Source: Phaeosaccion multiseriatum (lineage: Eukaryota > Protista > Ochrophyta, other classes). From it: 64,000 bases of DNA. Both the position numbers and the translations under genes were made by a program. The stretch covers positions 1,426,001 to 1,490,000 of the forward strand of contig OZ218953.1 of assembly GCA_965112735.1 (NCBI GenBank). The letters run 5' to 3'. Under the pieces are notes generated by a model that saw only the letters and a program-made list of their open reading frames with translations, made no database searches and was not told where the DNA came from. Shown here piece by piece: positions 24,034 to 36,676 of the stretch; position 1 is the first letter of the stretch; the number at the start of each line of letters is the position of its first letter.

Positions 24034-25193
24034 GCAACAACAGCTGCAGCAACAGGGCATGCTGCAGCAGCAGCATGCCCCCCCCCTCTCTGACCTTGAG
24101 AGGCGGGTCAAGAAGTTGGGAGAGTCGTATCTGGATCGAATGGGGACTGAGCCCAACCCAAAGTCTAACTTCACAGCCATTGTATACAACATGCTGGGCA
24201 AGGGCGAGGCGTCTTCGACAATGGTAGAGCGTCCGCCTTTCTTCGACCAGGACAAGTGGAACGAGGGTGAGCGTAACAACCCCGAGCCTGGCGAGTGCAA
24301 GCCCGTGCCCCTTGTCGGCTTCCAGGGCCTGTACGACCGAGTCAAGACGCAGCAGGACAGCGTGGATCAGTTCATCCAACACGTTCAGGTTCGTATTGCA
24401 GCAACATAAGTGGACCATTCTTGCCCCCAAGCTTTGATACTTACACGTGAGATTATTCCAACCTCGTCTCGGATGGGCGGTTTGTCCTTCCCCCTTCCCC
24501 TCTTCCTCGCCCCCCTTTGTTATATCTACACACAGCACTTCCGAAAAGAGGTGGAGCAGCTGCAAATGTCCGCCACACGCACCGCCGCTGGTGTGGAGGG
24601 CGCTCGGAGAAAGCAACTGGACCAGGCAGATCGCTTCCTGCATGTGCTTCGAAAGATTGAGCTCCTGCGCTGTATAAACGAGCCCCTGGACCCGAAGGAG
24701 AACGAACTGAGGCTAAAGCTGGAGAAGTTGTGCCAGGATCTGCAAACCCCGCACGCCAAGATCAACAAAGTTGCTTCCATGCAGGAGCAGGTAGCAGCGC
24801 TGCCGAATTGCACTTGGGCTTCACCGTATTTGTCCTGTACATGCATGAGTGGCCTACGTTTTCCCGTGCGACCTGTTGGCTTGCTCATGCCTCGCCCCTG
24901 GATTATGCCCCCCGCCACCCCCCCCCCGCCCTTAACTCCTCTCTCTTGTCTCTCCCACTCCCCTCTCTCTCTTTCTCTGTCTCTTGACAACGATCGATGA
25001 CCATAACACTGTACAGATGGAGCAAAGCACGGAGCACGTGCATGAGATTACCCGGCCCGAGGACCTTGCGGCTATCTACCAAGTGCTGGCCGACCAAAAG
25101 GCAGGCCTAGGACACCTCACTAGTGTGCTGGAGAATGACTTACGCGACCTTGACATCATGCGCAGAGACCTTGCAAAAAGCCGCGCCCCTTGA
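23909..25193 (+). CDS. NUP54: Nucleoporin Nup54/Nup57
   Basis: Exons 23909-24388, 24536-24790, 25017-25193. RPPFFDQDKWNEGERNNPEPGECKPVPLVGFQGLYDRVKTQ and C-terminal IYQVLADQKAGLGHLTSVLENDLRDLDIM coiled coil; the N-terminus is FG + polyQ. Confidence 0.85.
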
Positions 25194-25578
25194 ATTACCA
25201 ACACTTGGACAAACACACACAAGCTTTTGTATAGAAAAGTTCACAGCACTTACGAGGGAAGAAACAAAGCCACTCGGTATGTGTATGAATCGCCATACAC
25301 TAAAGCATACTGTATAGAATCGTTCACCCTCTTTCCTTGGTTGTGCTTACTATTGTGCTGTGCTACAAGACAACATCAGCAACTTGAGTAGAAAGAGAGG
25401 GAACTGGTCGTGCAAGGTCACGCGGGCGAGGAGAGGAGGCACGATTACACCACACACACACACACACACGCAAGCACGCACGCACACGCGCTCTCCCCTC
25501 CCTCCGTGGGGTGGGTGGACAAGGGCCGCCTCAGTATTGGCTTGTGCCTCTGTGGGCCTCTCGCTCAGGGTGGTCACA

Positions 25579-26791
25579 TCATGCCTCCTTCTCCGGGTCT
25601 GCTGCAGCTGCGTCTCCTCCCTCCTCCCCCTTCTTTTCCACGCTCAGCGACTCAAGGGCGGCGACGGCGTCGTTGGCCGCCGCGTCCTCTGCGGCCCCCT
25701 CAGCGTCTGCCCCCGCCAGGAGCTTCTCCATGGCCGCGATACTGGAGTTAAACTGCTCCTTGAAGGCCTTCGCGTCGTCCACAGACCCCAGTCTTCATAT
25801 TCACAGCAAGGGGGCAAGGGGGGGGGGGACAGAGCATTGAGGGACAAACAAAATAGGGCTTCAGGTGTAGTTTGCTGCGTGGGATGAGAGGCAGGCGCGC
25901 TACTGCTGCTGCTGCTGTCTGTCTCTCCGACTCGCGCTTGCACTTACCGGAGGGCAAAGGTGGTCTCCTCCAGCTCTCCGCTGTCCTGAGCAAAGTCAAA
26001 CGCCACCCACACCCAGCTCTTCTCGCTGCCGGCGTTGGGAACCAGCTTAATGCGGGGGTCAATTACGTGGTTGGCGATGACCTTCATGGTTTTCTCCTGG
26101 CGCATCAAGACTCTAATCTTCTGGTGTTCCTTGTGTCTGCATTGTGCAGGATATGGAGCGAGTGAAAACAAGCAAGCATCATTAGTGGGGCAGTCATTGA
26201 GTCACCCCCCCCCCCCGTACTTGCTTTTGAGCCTTACCTTAAGAACTTGATCTCTCCGGTGCCTCGTTCCCGCCAGTTCTTCGTGCCTGTGCCCTTGTCG
26301 AGCAGGGTCTCTCCGAAGATGAAGAGCTTGGCTCTCCTGTAAGGAATATGGAGTGAGAGAGAGGGAAAAGAAGAGGAGAAAAGAGGCCAGGGAAAAGCAA
26401 GCAGCACACGCCATCACCTTCCCGTCGCACGATACAATTCGCTCAAGGAGTATATTCGACTCATGTGGACAGTTCTGTGCTTTCCTGCGTTCACAAACAG
26501 CTGGCCCGGCCTTTAAGAGAGGGTTGCTAACACTGACCTTTTCCAAAGCACTTCCTCCTCCTCTTCCATCGTCTTGACCTCAACCTCCTCCAATCGTACG
26601 ACAGGCTCGAAATGAGCAGTGCTCTCCTCCTCGGCGGCTGGCTCCTCTCCTCCCGCTTCTCCAGCCACCGCCGCTGTTTCTTCGCTCTTGTCCGGGGTGG
26701 TCTCCGGTTTGGATTCATCCCCAGCCGCGCCAGATGCTGGGGCATCCTCAGTCTTGGGCTGAGTCGCCGCAAGCGCAGCGAAGTCGCTCAT
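25579..26791 (-). CDS. RANBP1: Ran-binding protein 1 (RanBD)
   Basis: Four exons: AHFEPVVRLEEVEVKTMEEEEEVLWK|RRAKLFIF..WRERGTGEIKFL|RHKEHQKIRVLMRQEKTMKVIANH..PNAGSEKSWVW..FALR|LGSVDDAKAFK. Confidence 0.95.
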
Positions 26792-27231
26792 CTTGGTCGA
26801 TTACTGCTACTGGGTGTTTACTTTGAAATGGCTGTCCCGGTCTTCTTTCTCTCCTCTGTCTTTGAAATTGAGGCTGTCCGCTTCACAGGCACAGAGCCTG
26901 GGCCTATGCAATATTATTGGTCCCGACACCACATACTCCTCTTTTCCACTTCGTTCCTTCAATGTCTCTCTCTCTCTCTGCGTCAATACATTATCTCTCT
27001 CTGTGCGTTGTACGAGGGTGAGCGTGACGAGTGGTGGTGTCGTCTACTCCTCTCCCCCATGTATCCGCCGCTTTTCTCGGCACTCCGCCCCCTCCTCCTT
27101 CTCCCTTCCCGCCATCTCTTGCTCTCCTCCTTCACTCCCCCCCTTAAACGCTATTGCTTGTTCCCTCCTTTCCATCTTACTTCAGGTGCTTCAGGGCTTC
27201 TTTCTGTGAAGTGCTCAGCAGCTCAGGAGAC

Positions 27232-29705
27232 ATGGCTGCGCCACCGCTGTCCAACAAGGGCCTCCACAGGCAGCTGACTGGGGGAGGCATACAGGAGGAG
27301 GGGGAAGACAGCTGCAGGATGGAGGACGGGGCAGGCAAGACCAATGTGTGCATGATAGGCACTGGCGAGTACACCACTGGCTACGTGCACGGCAAGGCGT
27401 CCGATTCGGACAAGGGGGGCGGAGGTAAGCTGGTGCTGTGCTGTGCTCTCATGACTCATGCTCTGCTCGCTTTCACTCGTTGCAGCTGTTGCTGTTCCAC
27501 TGGCCTTCACTGCTGCTGCTACTGCGGCCTGCTGAAGAGGCCGATGGACGTGCTCTTAACACCTGCCCACGTGTGTGTGACGTGTCTTCTAATCTACGTG
27601 TGTGTGACGTGTCTTCTAATCTGCTCCATCCTACCCCATGGGATCAACAACATCCAAGTGGTGGGCTTGACTATGATTGACTTGAGGCGTCGGGGGAAGG
27701 TGGCCCGCATCGGCCTGTGTGGTACCAACGGAAGCAAGCACACGGGCATCAAGGCGCACATGGACAAGTGCATTGGGGGGGTGTACAAGGATATGAACCT
27801 GCAAATGGACACGTGGCCGGCAGAAGGCCAAAGAGACCCAAAGGCCTATGAGAAGGTGAATGAGTATTCTTCGACCCGAGGCAGCAATACCCCCTCTGCC
27901 TTGCCGCTTTCCCTACCGAAGAAGGACCTTTCCCGACTCTTTTAGGTGTGCTGCTGCTGCTGCTACTACTGCTGCTGCTGACTCTGAACCCCTGTTGCTA
28001 TTGCTGCTGCTCCCCTGTCGTCCGCCCCACCTAAACCCCATCACCCATGTGTGTGTGGCAGGCATTAGACTCATTCAGCGCCGGCGATACCTGCACCATC
28101 TTCACCCCCGATGACACCCACTTCGAGATTGCCATGGCAGCCGTGAAGCGCGGCCTGCATACCATGGTCACAAAGCCAGTCGTCAAGACCCTCGACGAAC
28201 ACCGACAGCTCTACGAAGCCGCCAAGGAGGCGGGAGTGCTCGTCATGGTAGAGGTACATAAGCGCTTCGACCCCATTTATGTGGACGCAAGGGACAAGAT
28301 CCAGGCGCTGGGGCCCTTCAGCTACATGTATTCGTACATGAGCCAGCCCAAGCACCAGCTCGAGACCTTCCGCGCCTGGGCAGGCAAGGGCTCAGACATT
28401 TCATACTACCTTAACTCGCACCATGTGGACTTTCAGGTGCGTGCGTTTGCGTGTGCGTGTGTGTGTGTGTTCGCCTTGCGACCCTAGCCTTACCAAGAGC
28501 AAGAGAAGACAGCTCAGCTCTCTGCTCAGCTTTTTGGGGATATCAACTCATTGGTGACAAGGACTCTCTATTCGGGTCCTTTTTTGCTGCGCTGACGCCC
28601 AATCCTGCTGCTCCACTGGCTTACCTGTGCCCCTCCCCCCCCCCCCCGAGCAGGAGTGGGCGGTGGATGGCAAGTCACGACCTGTGCGAGTCTCGGCTGC
28701 GGCATCCACAGGGGTGGCGACCAAGCAGTTTGACATTGACACCGAGGACACCATCACACTCTTGGTAGAGTGGGAGAACCTAGAAGACAAGAGCAGGTGT
28801 GTGAGAGTGGGAGGGAGTGCCGCTTCCCTTTCTCTTCTCTTGACTGACTGCTGATGGCAGCTCTATCGACTGCCTCCTAAGGCGGGCAGGGTTAAAGCAA
28901 AGCTACCCCTCTCTCCGTCCGGATTCTCTTCCTTCTTCCCTCCTCCTTCCTCCCTCATCTTCCTCCTCCTCCTCCTCCTCCTCCTCCTCCTCCTCCTCCT
29001 CCTCCTCCTCCTCCTCCTCCTCCTCCTCCTCCCTTCCCCCTCCCTCCCTCCTCCTCAGAGGCACCGCTGTGTACACGAGCTCCTGGGTAGCCCCCAAGAG
29101 CGACGTGCACAGCCAGCAGCGCTTTTTCTACATGGGGCAGAAGGGAGAGGTGACTGTGGATCAGGCGCATCGCGGGTACAACATGGCAGACGACAAGGGT
29201 TTCCGCTCGGTCAATCCTCTCTTCATGAAGTACACCCCTACCAACGGTGAGTGCTTTTCCTTGTACCCTCCTTGGACTCTACTCTCCTTAAGACCCCGGG
29301 CTACAGCCTTCTTTGGGAGGGGCACTTTGGAAGCGTTCGTGTGAGCTCTGGAATGCACTGACAGATAGATAGATATATACGTATGGATAGAAAGGTATAT
29401 TCACTGGAACTGAAACTAAGGGTAGAGGAGAGCTTCCATGGTATGCGCGTGTGGGTAGGTATGCCCTGACTGACGTTCATCTTGCATCTTAAACAAGCCC
29501 CCTTCTTCTCCTTCGTCCTCTGTTTCTTCTTTCCTCCCTCTTCCACGTCCCACAGGGCAATTCTCCGGCCAAAATGGCTATGGATACCGCAGCTTTGAAG
29601 CCTTTATCGACGCGGCGCTCTCCATCAACGCGGGAGAGTCCACCCCGGACGACTTCGACAGCACACTGGTACGACGTGCCCCTCCCTGGCCACCAAATGC
29701 TGCTG

Positions 29706-29743
<38 letters not shown>

Positions 29744-30031
29744 TTCATGCCCTGCCTCTGCCTGTAGATGACCGTGGTGTGCATCTCTCTCTATCTGATG
29801 AACTATACGACCCGCGTTGTGCATCACCCTTTCCTCCTTTGCGCGACCGACCTGTCACCCTTCTTCGCGGCATGACCTCAGGCCACGGTCAGCACCACCT
29901 TCCTCACCACAGCCATCCTGGAGGCGGGCAGGCGAAGCTTGGACAGCGGCGGGCGGCATTTCAACATAGTTTACGACGAGGCGGGCCCAAGCCACATTCC
30001 CACCGACATTGTCCTCGCGGAGTACACATAA
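27232..30031 (+). CDS. Gfo/Idh/MocA-fold oxidoreductase, homologue of fungal D-galacturonate reductase GaaA
   Basis: Seven exons. [92 protein letters not shown] and [13 protein letters not shown] closely follow Aspergillus GaaA as recalled. Confidence 0.85.
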
Positions 30032-30308
30032 AATAGACGAAACATCTACGTAATATAGAGCCCTTTGGACGAACACACACACACACACACACACGGGGTG
30101 GAGGAGGTTGCGGTCCTCCTCCTCTGCCTCCTCTCGGCTGAGCCCTCGAGGGAGAGGACTCTTGAGATTCTCAAGCCTTCCACCCCATGCCCGTATGCCT
30201 GGATTAGCCTGCTGCTTGTGAGTCTCCAGACCCTCCCGAACAGCCTTGGCATCTTGGTGTTTGTCGTTTCGCTCCTTCCTCGCCAGCTGTCCGCCGCTTG
30301 TCGCAGCC

Positions 30309-30373
30309 AGCTCAGGTATCGAGCTCAGATATCGAGCTCAGGTATCGAGCTCAGGTATCGAGCTCAGGTATCG
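30309..30373 (+). repeat. Minisatellite, 5 x 13 bp AGCTCAGGTATCG
   Basis: Five near-perfect tandem copies, one with a G>A variant. Confidence 0.9.
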
Positions 30374-31095
30374 AGAGAGAGGACAGACTCTCCCTCTGTG
30401 CTTTGTTGGCGAGGTCACACGCTCCTTCAGAGTGGCCGCGGATGGGTGGGGTTCCATGTGATCATCATCGTCGTCGTCGTCCTCCTCGTCCTCCTCCTCC
30501 TCCTCCTCCTCCTCCTCCTCCTCCTCCCTCTCCTCCTCCTCCTCCTCCCCCTCCTCCTCCTCCTCATCATCATCATCATCATCGTTATGAGAACCATCGT
30601 AGTCATCGCTCTTCCTCGGACAGGAGAAGGCACAGCACCGGTAGGCCCCCCGCCGAAGGGGTCCAACACATCAATCACACGAGGTGAGGAGTGCGCGGCT
30701 GGTACTCGTTGCGCCTCGTCTTCTAGTCGGCCCCAGGTACGCCTGCCCAGGGGGCCACCAGGGAGCGCCAGCTGTGGCATGCTCTCGAATCGCTCGCTGC
30801 TCGCTGCCAGGCTCACTGCCAGTCCATGTGGGCGCCAGAACAGAGAAAGCTCATTCGCGTGATTTTATCCACCCACCAAGCAAGCTCGTGGTGGCCTTTA
30901 TGGAGAGGATTGGCGGAGTCCGCAGCTGAGGTATGCAACAGAAAAGCTCAACACCGCCTCCTGCCCTCTCCAAAGGAAGAAAGCACGATAGAGCCCGAGC
31001 CTGGCAAAGGACGCTCGTACCTCTCCCCCAGTGTCCCAGTGGTCCCAAAGAGAGACGAGGAGCAAGGACTGACCACCAAACCAAGATCCTCCACT

Positions 31096-32936
31096 TCACG
31101 GTGGAAGCCGTGGCACCGAGCCCGGGCGGTATCCTCGAGGCGGGATAACGGGGTTGAGTTGAAATGCGTGGCCGTGCTCCTCCCCCAGGCCCCTTGTCTT
31201 AGCCGCTTTGTCCCTCCACGTCCCAACACGCCTACGAAGCTGATCCTTCACGCTGCCGCCGCTGTCACTGCCACCGCTGCTGCCGGCATGGTGCAGTGAG
31301 GCCAGAGTCCTGCTCTTGCTCAGAAGCCACACCTCACGGCCCGCGTGCGGGTCTGAAGGCAAGCAAGGCACCACCCCTCCTCCTTCAAACTCGGACTCGC
31401 GCCGCCCGGATGATATATCTGATGCACCTTCGCTGCTGCTGCTCTGGGCGGGACTTGGTGGGGGCATGCCTTGCTTCTCATCCTCTTGCCCCACCTCAGT
31501 AGATAGAACAGGCCGCCGATTCGGTGGGGACGTGTCTTGCTTCCCGTCCTCTTGTCCGATCTCATCAGATAGAGCAGGCCGCCTCCCCTCACTCCCCTCT
31601 CGAAGCTGTCTCAACCCCTTCACCATGCTCCCGGAGAAAGTCACGCCGGTGCCAAAGGTCAATGCCGAAGACGTCTGCACCTTGGTCTCTGTAGCGCAAG
31701 ACGACGCAAAGTCGGGCAGCTGAAGAACTTTGAGAATGGCATGCTGCTCAGAGGAGTATTCCGCAGCGTCAGCAGCATCATCTGACCGTGGGACGACCAT
31801 TGCCTTCCTCCGCTGCTTGCGATCGTCGAGGCGAAAGTGCTTGAGAGAGGCAGCAATGATGTCCCCTTCGTCACAGCGGGACGACTCCTCGCCCTCCTCG
31901 TTCTCTATCTCGTCCTTGGTCTCGCCACTATTTCTACTATAACCACCGCTACTACTCCCATTTGGTTGCGCGCTTGCGAGAAGTGCTGTTCCATAGCTGC
32001 GCTCTCGCTCCGAGTGTTCGACATTTTCGTCGTCCAGAGCCTGTGTCGTACGTAAGTAGAGCATTGGCATTGGCGCCACGGTCAGTCTTAACAGAGCTCC
32101 GCCGATGCCTTGCGACCCTCAGCCCTTCTCCGACGCATGTAGAACAATCAGTTCAGTACCCACCTGGAGCTCTGGAAGCTGTCTCAACACCTGCTGCCGA
32201 TAGGTAGGGGCCTTGGCTACTGGGTTGGAAGTCAGCGTGAGGGCCCACAGCATGGAGCAAGAGGCCAGCTCTGTGACATCCTCCCAGTTGGACACGCGGT
32301 TGCTCTCCAAGTCCAGAATCTGTACGACAGCGTGGTAAAGAACGGAGGGTATCAAGACGAGGAACAAGAAGGGAGAAATCAGCATCTAGGAGTGCCATTT
32401 TTTCTTTTCTTTTACTCCTTACTTACATACCTGCAGTCGATCGTGGAAGGCGACAGGTGCCAAGTCCGACACGTCGTTGAAGGAGATGTACAGCTCCTCG
32501 AGGCAGCCCATACATCCGATGCCATCCAAATCAGTTAAACCACAGTTGGAAGCCCACAGGATCCGCAGAAAGCTGAGCTTGGTCCCCAGGCTTCGGAAGG
32601 TGGAGACGGTACTACGTGTGAATCGAAGCTGTTCAAGCTTGGGCAGCAGGCGGCCAATGTCTTCCACGCGGTCTTCTTCCGTATCCACTATCATCTGGAG
32701 CTCATTCACGTCGCTCAGCTCCTACGGAAGTGAAGAGGGGGAGGGGAGCAGGGTTGGCGTCCGTTCGATGCAAGTTTGTGCAGGGGGGGAGTATGGCGCA
32801 CCTCAGCGCCAGTGATGGCTCTCAGACTCTCTTGCGTGATACCGGGCCCAAGCGTGCGCTCAGTATGTGATGAATCTCCAGCAGCATCCGGCACCGGCGA
32901 AGACTCGATGCCCTCCTCCCAGCAGGAGAAGCTCAT
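31096..32936 (-). CDS. LRRC56: Leucine-rich repeat protein 56 (ODA8-like outer dynein arm maturation factor); 3' end uncertain, possibly more exons to about 30300
   Basis: ITQESLRAITGAE|ELSDVNELQMIVDT..LPKLEQL..FRSLGTKLSFLRILWASNCGLTDLDGI..LEELYISFNDVSDLAP..LQ|ILDLESN..LTLTSNPV..YRQQVLRQLPELQ|ALDDE matches the LRRC56 LRR and LRRcap pattern. Confidence 0.8.
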
Positions 32937-33275
32937 GGTGCGGAGCTCCTCGGCCTATTTCTCCTTCTCGACCAGCAGCGGCAGAGACTGCTGCCCAGCT
33001 GGCTCCATCGTTCAACTCTCTCACCTGACGATGATTAGATATACACCTACTTTTGTGCTCTACTGCAGGCCATTCTTGCCTGAGGGACAGAGAAAGAGAA
33101 GGGAGAGAGGGGGGGGTTCCGTCAGTCAACAAAAAAACAAAACGAAACCGTCAAATCTCTGATCCTGCTCTTGCCCGTCCTCGAAAGCTTCAGTGCATGT
33201 AATTGGACGAGCACTCCCTGTGGTAAGACCTGCAAGTCTCTGGCTGTAAGAAGAGGTGTTCGTACAAGCCCTGCC

Positions 33276-34469
33276 ATGGCGGTGGGCCCGGAGGAGGCCA
33301 CGGAGTGGGGAGTGTCGCCCTCTCCTCTCCCCAGCGAGCACTTGAGGTACAATGGAAAGCTTCTCGCTGCACAGCAAAGAAAGAAGCACGCAGGACACGA
33401 TGCCCAAGTGCTGGCAAATAGGATATCTCTTCTGAAGAAGGAGGAGTCGAAAGCCTGGAAGAAGATCTCTACGACAAGAAAGAGAGCAGAGGAGGTGTTA
33501 CGGATGAGGTAAGGAGGAAGGAAAGGGAGGGCGTCTTGCTTCATTTCGATGCGCCCACATTACTGACTGCTGACGCCGGTCGTTTCAGGGAGGACAATGA
33601 GCGGAGGGCATTGGAGCGAATAAAGGCAGCTGAGGCGGCGGAGCTGAACCAAAGGGTCGTGGCAGCCCGCTACGCGGCGACTGAGGAAGCAGCCAGGATT
33701 CAGCGACTAAAACTGCTCGAAGACTTGCAGAATAAGAGGCGTGAGGGAGTAGCCCAGGTGAGGAGAGGGGGCAGGGGGTGAACCTGCCTAAAGACAGGTG
33801 CGTTGTTTCTTCGTCGCTCTAACCTTCTGATGGGATACCGCGCTCTCTCAGGTGAGGGCCGAAAAGCAGGTGTGGCGACGAGACCTCGTCACTCAGAGAC
33901 AGATCAACATTATGGACAATCAAAGAAAGCGAATGGAGATCAAGGTACGTCGAAGGAAGTACTGAAAAATCTCTCATTGTGTGTGGGCAACAATCATTTC
34001 TAACTCTATTCTTCTCCTTTTCTCGAAATGTGCATCCCCTCTCCCCGCCACTACAGGCCCGGGAAGAGGAGCAACGCCGGCTCCGAGAGAATGAGCGCGC
34101 TCGCACTATCGAAATGAACAAAAGAAAGTACAAAGAGAGAGTACAGAGCGAGGAAGCCAGCGTCCGAATGAAGGAGAGAGAGGTACGTGGGACGGCAAAA
34201 GAGACGTGCAGATCGTCCACTCTACTTTGTCCTCTCGCCCCTCTCCTCCTGCCTCCACACGCAGCGCATCCCCATAGCAGCATGAGTACACGCACACTCT
34301 AGTTGTGACACGTCCTCACCCTTGCCCCCTATACCCAATCGTCGCACAGGTGGCGCAGATGGAGAAGGTCGAAATGCAGCTCATCCAGCAGCTGAAGGAT
34401 GCCCAAACTCTGCAGCAGCACGCTTACCACCAGCTCGAGAACGCACTCAACGACTCGCGCACAAGTTAG
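33276..34469 (+). CDS. Uncharacterised coiled-coil protein
   Basis: Five GT-AG exons join in frame: QVLANRISLLKKEESKAWKKISTTRKRAEEV...EVAQMEKVEMQLIQQLKDAQTLQQHAYHQLENAL; resembles unnamed proteins I recall from flagellated protists. Confidence 0.75.
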
Positions 34470-35416
34470 TAAAGGAGACGACAGTGAGCCGCCTTGCGTG
34501 TACGAGTAGTCAAGAGAACCGTAGGACAGTGCGATGGAAATGGAAAGAACCGTAGAATTATGGAGAAAAGAGCAGAACAGAACCACATTTGCACTTACAT
34601 AAGGCGTCACAGGACCCTTTCCTGCTGCCCTTGTGAGAGGCCATTCCATCATGAATCGGTATGAAACTCTTGGGCTTTGTTAGCTTTTGTAAGTACATAT
34701 GACTCTAAGATGAAGCGCTTCTGCCTGCCAGGGTCCTCCTAACGAGCCCTCACCAAGGGTCAGGTCGGTCGGGCAGATTGTGTCAGCCGGCGGGTTGTCT
34801 TCAATGCAGTCTTGAGTGAGAAAGATTGGTATCGCTACCTCCCTCTGCTGCTGTGAGACTCACTCGGACAACCTGACTGCCATCATCTGATGTCCGTTCA
34901 CGTGCATCGGCCGCAGGACTAGCACATTGACAGAGTCAACGAAGGCCCACCCCCACATTCTGACTCACACTTAAGAGAGGCAGTGGTGATTCGGGACGAG
35001 TGGATCCCCGTGAGAGTTGCCAGTGCCTTCGAGCGGTATTCACGACGAGGACTGCGTTCGATGCCCGTCCTGCGGCGACTCCGAGGCCTCCCGAGGGAGA
35101 GGACTCGTGCATTTAGCACGCACCTGTCACGCACCCTGTTGAGCCCTCTGACCACTTCACCTTGGATTGGCTTTCAAGAGACATACATGGATGCCCTCCA
35201 CTGGGTCAATGGCTCCCCTCTATCTCAGCCGAAGCGGGGCAGCAATGCCCAGGCGTGGCAGTGATGCGACCAAGTGTCCGTCATGCCTCCAGCAAGCAGA
35301 TGCAAGTATCGAGCTTCGGTGTGAGCGCTGGCTGATGGACGTGAGTGGCCAGGGCGGCCCCAACAGAGAGGAGCAGCGGTTCTGCGCTCGTCGTGGGGGG
35401 GGTCCAGCTGTCGCCA

Positions 35417-36676
35417 TCAGCTGCCATTCGAAGGCCCGCACACCTCGCCGGCATTTACCCACTGCCCTCGAAGGTTCTTCTTCCACAGCCGCACCACGTT
35501 CTCATCTCCCCCCGTCGCGAGGACGCTTCCCGTTGAATTAAAATTGACCCTAGTGGCGGGCACGGTTGCCGACAAGGTGGAGGGCGCGTCTTCGACCACC
35601 ACGCTGCCGTTGCGGCGTCTGAGCTTGTTCACAAACAATCTTCCGTCTTTGCTCGTCGAGGCAATGAGATGGTATGATCTGCCCACGTTGGGGGCCCAGT
35701 CCACGTCGCACACAGACCTACTGTGAGTCTCCAAGTGGACGCAGAACTTCCACGCCCGTGCAGCCTCGTCATAGCTCCACACCTGCACACGGCCGCTATC
35801 CGTCCCCACAGCCAGCATGGGCTGTCGGTCGTATCCGCGGCAGCACAAGGCAGAAGGGGCGATGGACTCTCTAGGGTTAGGCTCCATCGTCTACTTAGTA
35901 TGGCAAGTGTGGCTGGGAAAGAGGTGAGGTGTGTGTGCGTTATGCCTTGTGTGGTGAAACAATGTCCTTGCCCGCATCTTGCTTCTTTCTCACCTTGTCG
36001 AAGCGGCACTTGCTCCACGAGAGGCATGTCGCACCCCTGCTGTCCACCTGGAAACAGTCTTCCCTGTTCCAGTGGCTGAGATTCATCACATCAATGGCCT
36101 CGTAGATCCTCACGTGCCCTCCGGCTGCTGCCGCCGCGAGTTTCAGCCCCATATGATGAGGTGCGAACTCCACGTCCCTCACTTGCTTTCGGCTGTCGCC
36201 CAGCTGCGCCTTAGGATACCAACGGGACTGACCGCCCTCCTCTTCCGTAGGCAAGCCCTCCTGCTCCTCCTTTTGACGGAGAAAAGCGAGACGGTAATCA
36301 GCGAGAGGCAGAGAATAGATGCATTCCCACCTTCCTCCGTCGTCAGGAGCTAAACCAGCGCACCCCCACTCCCCCCTCTACCCTCTCCCCCTCCCCGTCC
36401 TTCCCACTCACTCACCCATATCTTGACTGTGCGATCAGACGAGCACGTTGCGATGATGCTTCCAAACTCAGGATGCGCCCACGCAAGCTTCCAGATCATC
36501 CCCTGGTGCGCGGTCTTCCACTCTCCCCCTTCCTTGACGTACCACTCGCCTTTCTCATTCAGGTCCCACACCTTGACGGACTGGTCGCTGGAGCACGTAG
36601 CGAACCGCTTGCCGTAGTAGTCGTAGCGAACGTCATGAACTGCGTCCATGTGGCCCGTGGGAAAGGCTCGCGCCAT
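35417..36676 (-). CDS. SEH1: Nucleoporin/GATOR2 subunit Seh1 (WD40)
   Basis: HMDAVHDVRYDYYGKRFATCSSDQSVKVWD, WKLAWAHPEFGSIIATCSSDRTVKIW|EE, DVEFAPHHMGLKLA, RIYEAIDVMNLSHW and DVDWAPNVGRSYHLIA. Confidence 0.95.

Noticed and set aside
34560-35410. Short ORFs between the coiled-coil gene and SEH1
   Set aside because: No ATG-supported model or recognisable domain; probably 3' UTRs
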